In this document: in pieces, positions 35,706 through 47,300 of the stretch
Layout of the letters: the number at the start of each line of letters is the position of its first letter
How positions within the stretch are numbered: position 1 is the first letter of the stretch
Source: Hydrolagus colliei
Lineage: Eukaryota
Assembly (NCBI GenBank): GCA_035084275.1
Contig: CM068760.1
Location: forward strand, 1,302,001-1,366,000
DNA: 64,000 nt
Direction of reading: 5' to 3'
The notes under the pieces: model-generated
What the model saw: the letters and a program-made list of their open reading frames with translations, nothing else
Told to the model about the DNA's origin: nothing
Databases searched by the model: none
Program-made: the position numbers and the translations under genes

Positions 35706-36398
35706 CCTTCTATTCTGTTAGATTAATTTAATATGTCAATCTATTGTAAGGCCTATTTGTTCTGTTAGATTAATTTAACATTTCTCTGCTCTGCAGTCTG
35801 ACTAACTTGTTATCTTGAAACAGGTTTTTTTCCTTGAACAACCTCCAATCTGATGCTGAAAATGATTGCTTATATGCTTAAATGCTTAGTCAGTGTCAAC
35901 CACAAGGTTTTATGCATCACTTTGGAGAAATGTGGCCTTGACAAATAACATTTCCAATGAAAAGCAAATACAAATAGTCTTCAGTTCAAGGACGAATGGC
36001 GCAGAAAGTGGAATTGATTTACAATATAACAAAGCCTCAAAGCGCTTCACAGAGTAAACTGTAAACTATTTTCAGTAGTACTGAGTAGTTATTTTTCACA
36101 AAATATATGGTGAATTCACTTTACAGTATATTCTGTGGAAGCGCTTTGAGACGTCAAAGACGTGATAAGGCGCTACATCAAATGCAATATTATTATTATC
36201 TATTGTAAGATTGTTTTAAAATGTAGAGGAAAGAACTATCACACACACTACTAGTCTCTGTTTCATCAACAAAATTACATTTGTATCGCACCGGCCATGT
36301 TGGGAGGACATCCCAAGTAGTTTCATAACATCGTATTGAAATGCAATGACTTATTGACAATGGTTTCCAAGAATAACATGCACATTTTTCACCCACAG

Positions 36399-36521
36399 AA
36401 TGTTATCAACTCATTTACCCAGACAATGCACAATTATCACTGCTCGTTTTATGGGAATATTACTGTTGGGAAGGATATTAGTGTGGAAGAGCTTAAACAA
36501 GCATACCATGTAGTGATACTG
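36399..36521 (+). CDS. FDXR: FDXR exon 4 (NVINSFTQT...GNITVGKDISVEELKQAYHVVIL)
   Basis: ccacag| and |gtaaga; 123 nt. Confidence 0.96.
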
Positions 36522-36849
36522 GTAAGAAATATTGGTAGCAAGTAAAATACCATCATTTTCTCAAGTATGGCGGCTTCTACATATTCAGCGTGTCTGTTTT
36601 TAAGTTACATTTGCCAAACTGACCCTGGCAGTTGCAATATTTGACCAACAAAGAAAAATATGAAGTGAAATAATTCTCGAGAAGGTTTCCATTCCATTTA
36701 ATTTTTTTGCTGAAAAATCAAATCAGTGATGAACTGCAATTAAGCATTTCTCCAACACTTATGGAAAAAGATGGGTGCTGGAGGGGTGGGGAGAGAAATT
36801 TAGTAAAAATCTCAATTAAATGTGAAATTGTTCTTAATTCTCATTTTAG

Positions 36850-36963
36850 GCCTATGGAGCACAGGATAATCTGATGCTTGAAATTCCTGGGGAGAGCTTG
36901 CATGGCGTCTATTCTGCACGATCGATTGTAGAATGGTACAATGGTGTACCTGAAATTCAAAAT
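36850..36963 (+). CDS. FDXR: FDXR exon 5 ([15 protein letters not shown]...[17 protein letters not shown])
   Basis: ttttag| and |gtaagt; 114 nt. Confidence 0.96.
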
Positions 36964-37557
36964 GTAAGTGATCTAAAACCTTCATTTTCTTTTAACCATA
37001 TGCCATTATTGATATCTAGTTAAAATGTTGTTCAGGACTTCAGATGAAGGAGTAATCAAGGGCTCAGTTAAATCACTTTGTCAAAATCTGTGAGTGTGTT
37101 GTTCAAGCTTTAGTATAATTGTAGAGTTCTTCAAACATCCATTTTGGAAATAAGCTGTCAAATTACAGTGCAGAATTGGCTTCTGCGTTTTGCCCACAAA
37201 ATAAAATCATTGTGTATCATGTGAAGTGCTTTCATATGTCTCAACAACGTGATAAGGTGCCAAATCAAACTCAGCGATTATTATAATTAAATATATTGCT
37301 GCTTTTCGGATGCCTGTAGTCCAAAGGTTGGAATTTCTCACCAACTCTTTTGTGTAGAGTATTTGTTTAAAAGGAGTTGGTTCATGTGCATGGTTTCAAG
37401 GACATCTTTTAGATCCGTTTGATGGTGATGGGGGACATGGTGAGGGTTATGAGATAAGAAGAGATGGTATTTGAAAATGGGATCAGTCAGAGGGACAGAA
37501 GTATTCTTTGGTTCCTTATGTTCCTGAGATATTTTACTAATGGTACCTCTTCTGTAG

Positions 37558-37659
37558 CTGAACCCAGACCTGAGTTGTGAGACAGCTGTTATCTTGGGAC
37601 AAGGAAATGTAGCCCTGGATATTGCCAGGATCCTCATTTCTCCTATTGACTTGCTTAAG
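37558..37659 (+). CDS. FDXR: FDXR exon 6 (NADP-binding [17 protein letters not shown])
   Basis: ctgtag| and |gtacgt; GxGxxA motif. Confidence 0.97.
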
Positions 37660-37958
37660 GTACGTCCTGTCTATAAATTTCTTTTGAATCATTTGTGCTC
37701 ACCTGCCTCTTAGGTGGAACAGTTATTTTTGACTTCCTCTAGTATTAAATCATCCTCTTTCCCCCATATTACAGTGATAAAGCTAATCAACTATCAGGAT
37801 GGCGTTACTGTAACATTAACTCTTAAGTAGAAAGACCCCATTGGAGAAAAATGAAAACTTTGATTCCTGTCGCATTCTCTACAGTGATTTTGTATGGAAA
37901 TTCTAACTTCAGAATATTCTAATGAAGGTAACCTAACATGAGTACATCTTTCTTATAG

Positions 37959-38066
37959 AAAACCGATATTACATCATATTCTCTGGAGGCAATCGCTGCT
38001 AGTAAACTGAAGAGGATCCTGATTGTTGGAAGGAGAGGGGCCTTGCAAGTAGCCTTTACCATTAAG
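37959..38066 (+). CDS. FDXR: FDXR exon 7 (KTDIT...VGRRGALQVAFTIK)
   Basis: ttatag| and |gtgttg; 108 nt. Confidence 0.96.
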
Positions 38067-38578
38067 GTGTTGTATTTTCATGGTATTGTAAACGCTCTGA
38101 AACGTTAACCTGCCTGCAGGACTATAAGTGCTAGATGATGCTCGATTATACTAAAAGTTCATTGATTCTGCTTTTCCTTTGATTTTAAAGTGTGCTGTGG
38201 TTAAGACAAAGTTCGCATTATTAGAATTAGTACTTGTAATATTACAAATAATTCCCAGCGTTGCAGAATTGAATCGCTCTCTTCTGTTATCTACTTCGGT
38301 TCTCACGGTCTTTGACATTATGCGCAGTTGCCAATGATTTTCCCAGTAAGATTTATTAATAATAAATGCAGGCTTTAGATCATAAATCTTAAGAAATATT
38401 CAGGATCACTCGTTTTGCTTTGCCATAAATGATGAATTTGTCTACAAAATAGTCACTATAGTTTAAGGGTAAATCTGCTAGAGTGAACTAGAGGTATATC
38501 AGATGCTAGGATTGTTATATATAATGGCTGATTTTAATTTATATTGAAGATTTATAGCTCCTATTATTCCTCACTCAG

Positions 38579-38663
38579 GAGCTGCGTGAGATGGTTAATT
38601 TGCCTGGTACTCGACCTTTGTTGAATCCTAGTGATTTTGAGGGCCTGAAGGAAATCGTTAAAG
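38579..38663 (+). CDS. FDXR: FDXR exon 8 (ELREMVNLPGTRP...)
   Basis: actcag| and |gtgaga; 85 nt. Confidence 0.96.
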
Positions 38664-38804
38664 GTGAGATTACAATACCTTTACTACTTTGCAACATGCT
38701 ACATGACAAGCCAAAACATTAAAAGATCAGATCCAATTTAACTTTAGAAGAGGCTTATGTAAATTTAAAGCCCGGTCTGAATCGATCTATAAAAGGATAC
38801 AGTT

Positions 38805-38970
38805 TAAATTATAGAATTTTATAGCACAGAAGGAAGCCATTCAGCCCATCGTGCCTGTGCCAGCTCTTTGAAAGAGCTACCTACCAACTAGTCCCACTTC
38901 CCCGCTCTTACCCCATTAACCTGCAAACTTCTTTTTTAAATACCTGTCCAATTCCCTTTTGAAGCTGTTA
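38805..38970 (-). mobile_element. CR1-type LINE 3' end fragment
   Basis: Reverse complement of the 3440-3657 type (agaaggaagccattcagccc...). Confidence 0.7.
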
Positions 38971-39523
38971 TTTATTGTTATTAATAATAAGTGAGAAATT
39001 AGAATTTGGACAGGAATACTCTTGAGTGAATTATCGCTGCAGCAATTTCTAACTTCTGATTTATGATGGAGAAACTCAGGCGCAAAACTGTAAATTTTTT
39101 ACAACGTCGACAGCGGTGTATTTCCTCAACAGCTATATTTTAAATTTCTCTGAAGGTTAAAGGACTCAGGTTTATGAATGTTTCAGAATCAAGATCAGTC
39201 TGGTCATCTGGCGGCCATGAAATCCAGAGAATCTAATGCGCTTCTTTTCTGTGCGTCATTGCACTCGAGTGACTGCAGTAAATGCAGTGGCCTTCATTGT
39301 AAGATGAAAAGTTTTCTAACAGGGTAAATAACTCCATTGCCAATAGTGAATCAGATCTATTGAGTGAATGTGCTTTTTTTTAAAAAAACTAATGTTAGCA
39401 CATTGACTTCTCTGTGTTCAGATCTGACTGTTAATTGCTGTATGAGTGACTAATATAAAATGGGATTACCAAATGTGATCTCTCTCCTGCTGCCTAACAA
39501 AACTGCTAGTTTACTACTTTCAG

Positions 39524-39723
39524 ACATGCCAAGGCCAAGAAAGAGGTTGACTGAGCTAATGATCAAAACAGCCCTCGAAAAGCCTTCACCAAAAGAAGCA
39601 GAACGATGGGAAGCAGCGACCAGAGAATGGGGTCTTCGGTTCTTACGCAGTCCCGTGCAGGTTTTGCCGACTGGTGATGGAAAAAGCGTGGCTGGAATAC
39701 GTCTGTCGATAAATAAACTGGAG
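39524..39723 (+). CDS. FDXR: FDXR exon 9 (MPRPRKRLTELM...WGLRFLRSP...NKLE)
   Basis: tttcag| and |gtaggc; 200 nt. Confidence 0.96.
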
Positions 39724-40136
39724 GTAGGCGTTACATTTGGGGTTCTGAGTCGATCATACTCGTAAATATACTACACGTCACGCTGATAAGACTCAGCACT
39801 TGTCCTCCTGACATGAAATGCACTTGATATAAATGTAAGTTGTTGGGGGGGATAAGCAAGCAGCTCCTTTGTGGGCTGAACTTCAGCCAAGGTGGAGGAC
39901 ATGGTTGAGGAATTCCGAGTTAATTAAAGTCAAAAGTAGCGTTGTCACACCTGTTAGCTTTGTAAACTAGAGATATGTCTGTTTTGTATGTATTTCGATC
40001 CTGACTGCTTTGACTATAAATAACTGGGATAACGTCTGATAAAATATATATACACATACACACAGACACAAAACTCAATTGTCAAGCTGTGTGTATTGTT
40101 TGGTTTGGTTACTGGAGATTTCTTCTCTTTACTGAG

Positions 40137-40308
40137 GGTTCAAGAGAGTCTCCTAAGGCCATTCAGACAGAAGAGTTTGAAGATGTGGAGTGTGGTTTGG
40201 TACTGAGCAGCATTGGCTACAAAAGTCATTCCATCAGCTCCTCTTTTCCATTTGATAATAAGAAAAAAGTTATCCCAAATCACTTGGGTCGAGTCCTGAA
40301 CAGACCGG
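40137..40308 (+). CDS. FDXR: FDXR exon 10 (CGLVLSSIGYKS...PFD...IPNHLGRV)
   Basis: actgag| (GAG acceptor) and |gtgagt; 172 nt. Confidence 0.92.
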
Positions 40309-40845
40309 GTGAGTCGTTATACAACAACTTGCATTTGTGTAGCCACCGTTCACACAGGACAGCGTCCGGGAGCGCTTCACAGTAGCGGAGGCATACGAGC
40401 CAAGGGAAGAGGGAGTGGGGAAGTGACCATAAGCACAATTAAAAAGGAAAGTCTTTAGGCGGGACTTGAAGTTGGGGAGGGAGGGGGCAAGGTGGAGGGA
40501 TTGAGCAAGAGCTATGTGTAAAGCAGAGAAGATTCGCTGTTCTGTCCCTATGTTCTGGTGAGAACCGCTCTTGTCAGCTTACCTTATTACTGGGCTAACT
40601 GCATTATGAATACATTTATTTTTGTTTCGAGAAACAGCCCGGATACGACAGAAGTGAATGCCCTTACATTCCTGTGGTTCTTAAGTTATCCGGACTTTGC
40701 TTATATCGGAACTGAAAGTTGTGTTCTCACCTGATATACACTTGAATTATTCCTGAAAGTAATGGGTTGGATGTTGCATCGCTTTGCTCCATTCACCTGA
40801 AGATTAATCGAGATTATTTTCCATTTGCTTCCCCAAACTAATTAG

Positions 40846-41019
40846 GTCTTTACTGCAGCGGCTGGGTAAAGAGGGGACCGACCGGAGTCATATTGACCAC
40901 AATGAACGACAGTTTCGAAACTGCGGAGTCTGTGGTGGAGGATGTCAAGTCGGGGTCACTGAATTTGTCCGTTCCAAAGGCAGGTTTCAATGCCGTGCAG
41001 TCTTTGCTTCAGCAAAGAG
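40846..41019 (+). CDS. FDXR: FDXR exon 11 (GLYCSGWVKRGPTGVILTTMND...)
   Basis: aattag| and |gtgggt; conserved GWVKRGPTGVI motif. Confidence 0.97.
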
Positions 41020-41241
41020 GTGGGTGCACCGCTCTCCTTCGTGAAAGTTTGGCCACGAATAATAATTTGACCACTCGTCTCACGACTGTTTTGTGGGATT
41101 GTTTGCGCTTCGCCAACAAAATATACTGTCGATTCAATATTCCTGTGAAGCGCTTTAGAGGCCTCGAAGACAAGATAAGGCGCTATAAAGAACGCAAGTC
41201 GTCGTCATTGTTAATATTATTTTCGAATGCTGCTTGTTTAG

Positions 41242-41372
41242 GTGTGCGCCTGGTTTCATTCCCCGGATGGGAAAAGATTAACGAGGCTGAGCTCGTGAAA
41301 GGAGCAAAACTGGGAAAGGGCCGAGAAAAACTGTCGAATGTGGAAGAGATGCTACGGGTGGCAAATGAATGA
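41242..41372 (+). CDS. FDXR: FDXR exon 12, terminal (VRLVSFPGWEKIN...EEMLRVANE*)
   Basis: gtttag|; the assembled CDS is 1485 nt (494 aa) with all phases consistent. Confidence 0.95.
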
Positions 41373-44300
41373 AGCAGCGCTCGAGCGAGAAGGCCCCAGT
41401 GAGACTGACAGACTGCCTTGAACTCAACCTCGGAATGGTGACTTCTGCCTCAGTGGCAGTTTAATGTAGAAAGGTTTAAGTTCTTTATTTTCTTGATTGA
41501 AAAGACTTTTGTTCGTCTAAATGGGTTAACTTGAAGATACCCTTCACCACTGGTGTCCAACACTGTTCTTTCAATGGTTAATTTTATAGCCTCTCTCCCG
41601 AGAAGAATAATTCCAAATGAATTGTACAATGGGACAGTGTTGAAAATGTGAGAATGTGCCTAATGATGTCCCAAATCCCTTTGAAGTCATCAAAAGTGGC
41701 ACTTGAATGCTACTCAAAAATTTGAGTAATCCTTGAAAGAAAACAATTGTTTCGAGAAAATGTGAAAGATTACCGATCCACTCGTTCGGGTTCAGCTAGA
41801 AATGTGATAGAATCGGTTAAAAAGCTTAATTATTTGTGTAAACCTATCAAAAGACCTTAAATCATGTGTACATATTTAAGCTTGGTTTGCGAGCAAGAAA
41901 TTGTGTTTGTTTGCTACCCTCAGCCGTGGCTAACATAAACCATGGATCAGCACAAACCCCAGCCTTGATTTACAGTTAGTTTCCAGAAGCGGAGACAGGC
42001 CCACGGTTGATTAACTTTAGAATATTTAATACATTGTCCCTTACGGTATAGTTTACGGGTTTTTCAAACGGTTGTGCCTTATCCAACCTGTGTAGCCTCC
42101 ACCTGGAATTATAATGAGCATATTGCGTAACTAGCTTTACGAGGCTGGGAACGGTCCTGGTAATCCAGCACATTGTAGGATTCCGTCTCAATGTTTTTTC
42201 GTACAAGTTGAAGTGAGATTAAAAGAGGTTGAAATTACCTTGTATCTATTGGCTTGAGTTTCTCCCATGTTTCATATCTGGGAGAATATATTCCCTACGT
42301 AGTCAGGGTTCAGTGAGCGCAGTCATGGGCATTTGCCACAAGTCTGCGGTTATCCTGCCTGCAGTACAGTATGTTACATACGCGTAAGCTAACCCCAATT
42401 TAAATGAGGGTGATGGGCGTTCTGCCTTGAATCATCAGTGTGTTTTTGCCATCTATTTGTGGAAAGTTTTTTTTTTAAACAGAAAATACATATGGATGGG
42501 TTCTTAGATTGGGGCTTTATCTGCATTCTGGACTGGATCCCTTTTAGAAAATGTTTTGTCGATTGTCTCGCCTTTTCACAGCTGACATGTGCAATCATCC
42601 CTTGTGGCCATTTACTTAGAGAGGATCCAAAAGCTTATTGAAAACAATTTTGACTTCTTCCTACAATTACTAATTGACCACAAGGGAAAAAAACAATCCA
42701 GGTTAGTTTTGCTTAATTTGTTTTTTTTAAAAAAAAACTATTCTACATGAATGACAGATTCCAGTTCTAGATTAAGATACAATTACCTACTAATAATTGA
42801 TTATTGATGAACAAAACGATGTGAACCATCCAAATCTGCGACCTGCTGAAACCTATCTCTTGTAAGAAAGGCTGGTGTGACGAGAGGATTGGGATTAAGT
42901 TGCATTGTTTGTAAGACCGTCTCAACTCTTCCAGGCTGGATATCAGAAATGGGGAGAGCATTCTGACATTACAGAGAAAATAAACAGTCGGGGAAAATTG
43001 ATACTTAAGAAAATAATAATTAATGTAAACTCAGTCTCTCTAATTGGTTATACTCGGTTATACCCCTGAGTCTTACGGGGACATGTGTTTTATATTAATT
43101 CGGCCCTTATCTAAAGCTATTACTTTTCAAATACCCGTTTCTTCTGGTTTCACAAATGAGGCTTTAAAAAAATTCAATTTTTTTGTCAAGAGATCTTAAC
43201 CCCAAAAAATGGATTTTGGGGGGGAAAAAATCCCTTTCTCGTTCCTGTTGTAATTTGGACGAAATCAACAAACTTAACCATGCCTGTTCTAGTCTATCAA
43301 ACGTAATAATCACAGTCACCTGTATGATGAATTGACGAAACATTCAGTTCATAAAATAATTGGTAATCCTACAAAACCAATGAGCATCATGAGAAGCACA
43401 TCTTTCCACACAAGGTGGAGCTGTTCAGCTTCCCAGTGCAGTAACTGCTGTTTAAACAAAAGGAAAAATATCACACTTCATTTTATTCAAGTGACTCTCT
43501 CCAATAACAACACTCCTTACATTTGATACAGAACATGTCATGTTGAAATGTCTGAAAGTGCTTTGCGGTCTAGTGTAGTGACTATTTGTAGTCAAATGTG
43601 CACAGGAGTTCATGTGTGTGTGTGTGTGCCCCTCACACACACACACACACACAGTTACTAGATGATTGATGAATTTATCTAGAGAATCGCTGGCTTCACA
43701 CCACGAGAAACTCACTTTTATTTTAGAGTCGTGGTATAGGATCTTTAACGTGTCAGTATCTCAGTTGCATCCAAAGCACCTCTTAACAATGCTACTCTCC
43801 ACTCACCCTGTACTGCTGTTTTTTTTTCCTAATTGTTGTTAACTCGGACCTTGATCAAAACCTGGAAAGCACACCTGTAGGAGATGTCACACCGCAAAAG
43901 TCTTAGATTTATAAGACCTATACTCCTAAACAATACTTTCACCCTTGTCACTCCGTTTCTGTTTCCTATCGAGACGACAAAAATGAATAATAATCACCGA
44001 CACGCTGAGAATGTTCTCTATTTATTTTTAAAGCATAATTTAAAATTCATTTTTTTAATCTACATAAAAGTAGGGGCTACTGCGTAAACATTTGAGGGGG
44101 AAAATCGGGACGCAATTTTTATCTAAAAGGAACCAACGTTTTGCACAAGAATATGGAGCAAAAATGCTGTAGTTAAATACAAGGAAACACTTCCCACTTG
44201 AAATACATCCTCTGCTTCCCGGAGTTTCCTTGGTCTCTTTCAAAAACGGCTGCAGAAAAAGAGTGAAGCTCTCGTTGGTTTTCACTTCAGAGCGAAATCT

Positions 44301-47300
44301 GACATTTTCAGACATTTTCAAGAGCTCCCTCACTTATTTATAAGCCGGCAGGTGGAGTGGAGTGCAACACTGAAAATTACCCTGTTACTCACCATGTGAA
44401 AAAGTCAACAATTTCTAGTGTACCCTTTTTTTTGTGTGTGTTTTTAAACCTCAATAATTGTACATTATATTGAACGTCGACAGGATTCAACCTGTGTCTA
44501 TTATATATACTATCGAATACATTGTTCAATTTCTTAAAACATACTTGACTGAAGAGGTATTGTATATACAGTATACATATATATTGACAGACTAGGTACC
44601 CCGTACTGTGCAGATAGATAAACCACAGAGAATTGGATGAAAACCCTTGACAATCACAAAATAAACTTTAACCAGTGTTTCAGTAACAACCCTGAAAACG
44701 TAGGCTGATGGAAGTATTTGCTAACCCAACAAACAGAATGACTGACCCCCCACTACAGCAATCAAATAATAGCCAACCAATACAATACTGAGATTTAATA
44801 ATATTAATAATCCTTCATTTAGATAGAGCTTAAAGCATATTAACGCTTCACTGATTTTTCCGGGTAGTGACTGTGGGTTTCTAGGCAAATGTAACCACAA
44901 ATATTTGCACAGCAACTTCACGCAAACCAGCTGTGAAGTGAACAACCATGTTTTTTTCCTCTCTCTCTCTAGGAGATTGACACTGGGAGAAAGCCACTTT
45001 CCTCTCCAAATAGTGCCGTGAGAACTTTTTATCTAAGATCTTTTAACGTCCCTCCTAGTCAATGACCTAACACATCCTTGTGGGGTGGGGGAGTCTTTCT
45101 AAATAGTCTTTCTGGCAGCTTTCAAACCTCCTTGCGATGGGATTTATTAATAAGGGAAAAAAAAAAGATTGTGTTTTTCCCTTTCCTGGTAACTGGCTGA
45201 GCATTATTCATGATATTCCACAGACCAAATATAGATCCCGTACCAGCCAATCTCCCGTGAATTAGAATAATGGCATCCCTTTTTATTAAGTCTCATTGAG
45301 AAATCAGCGTTGCTGCAGCTGCGTTTGCCTACAAAATACAGTCACACACAAGTCATTCCTGGGAAACTCTTTTGAGAGGTTATCCCAATGTTGAAGGGCG
45401 CCACGTCAAAGTCAAACGCAAAGATTCTTCTGTGCTAATGTAAATGTGTGATGCAAATCCCACAAGGGTCATGGCTACAATACGGGTGAAAATGATGGTA
45501 TTTTGAAGCTAACATGTCCCTGCTGGCTCACAACAGAAAGTCATTTTACACTGAATGAGTATTGTAGTAAAATATTATTTTCTATATATATATATAGCAG
45601 TATATAGTTTTGAAACACAAATCACATCACTGGTTACTCTTCAATGCTGATCATAAATAAATGCCTGAGAACTGATTATTCTATCCGAATGACCTTAAAC
45701 AGTGTACTGAGTACTACAAGCCACTTTTTAATTTTTTTTAAATCTTTTTTTTTTGCAAAAATAGTCTCTTTTGCGGTTTCGAATGTCGTACAACAATTCT
45801 TTCGAAAAGAAAGATGTACAAATTTGAGATCAGTTCTTTCCTGAATCCAATTCCTCTGAAGTTCTCATCAGCCTTAATCCTCCCCCCCATCCCCTCCCCC
45901 ACACTCCACTCCCCCCTTCCCCACACTCCCCTCCCCCAATACAATTTAACTGTTTTTTCTATTAAAAAAACTACATGCAGATATATATTTTTTTGGCTGG
46001 GGGTGGGGGAGGAGGGGGAATTGTTTTATTAATGAACCACGTTTTTGGACAAAGGACAGGGTCGCTCCGAGCTAGTTCCTGTTTTCTGTGACAGAACTAC
46101 TATTTTCAGGGGAAAGTTTCACGAGCGAGAGAGAGAGAAAAAAAACCGCTAGAATGGTTAACGTGAAACCACACTCATTTACTCATTCACCCATTCATCA
46201 GCCAACCAACCACTCCACGGTCTCTAGGACTGCGTTCACGGACGACTCTTGTTTCACACCTGGACTTCATCGGAACGTTTGCGAATTATTCTTTGGCAAA
46301 TACAGACTCGGGAGATATTCGTTCCTCAAAAGAGGGAGACAATCAGGGGCTTTGATGCACATTATCTTTTACTGGTCAATTTTCTCCCCCCCCCCCCCCC
46401 CCACTTTCACTCCTGAAAACGCAAACTGACTCTCTTGTTGGGGTTCCCCTAGCTGGCTAGCTACTCTGTTGACTCCTGTACTCTACCACTAAACGTGCAA
46501 AGGGCAATGTACAGGTCGTTTAGTGATACCCAGCGTTGAGAGAGGGAGGACATCCATCGTTTTTTTTTGGTGTCTCAGAAGTAAACCCAGGTATCAGCAA
46601 TTGATCCATCCATCAATACATTCAAATCGCCAATTAATGTGTGTCTTCTTTTGACCGCTTTTGAAATTCTCCCGTTCTCCCGAAGGCATCGACTCCTCCT
46701 CACACTGAGTTTACTGGTTGGCTTTCCCTAATCCAGATCGTTATCTACAACAACAACCAACAACAACTTCAATTTATATAGCGCCCTCCACGCCGGACGG
46801 CGTCTCAGAGCGCATTGATTTGTGTTAGCCATCTACGTGGCTAACACAAGGCAGCAAGCAGGCAATCCGGCAGAAATTCAACTTGATCCTAGACTCTTAA
46901 AGACTATTTTCTTAACCTTTAAGAAATTAAATGCAAACGGATTCAAAAAAAAATTAAATCTGAATTTAATATCTTCCTCCCCACCCCAATTTTTTTTACA
47001 CAATCTGAAATGTCATTAAAGATTGGCTGAGCCTAGAACCAGTTGGGTCTCCATGGCTGATGGTTTTTTGGCCCTAGTGTAGGATTGATGAAGTCAACTA
47101 CGACAACCAAATACTCACGGAACACGGATCTCTCTTTGCACGTCTGCGTTGTTCACTTTCACACTCGACAGTGAATCTACTAACTGGGTCTTTGAGGGAG
47201 TCCCTAAAAGTGATTGCATTAGACACTTTGTGATGTAGAGCCACAAGCTTCAACACATCAAATGGAGTAGATTAGATGCACTGAACACTGAGGGAAGGGT

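Noticed and set aside
35699-35782. About 46-bp local tandem duplication next to a SINE
   Set aside because: Ordinary slippage or insertion scar; no sign of function.
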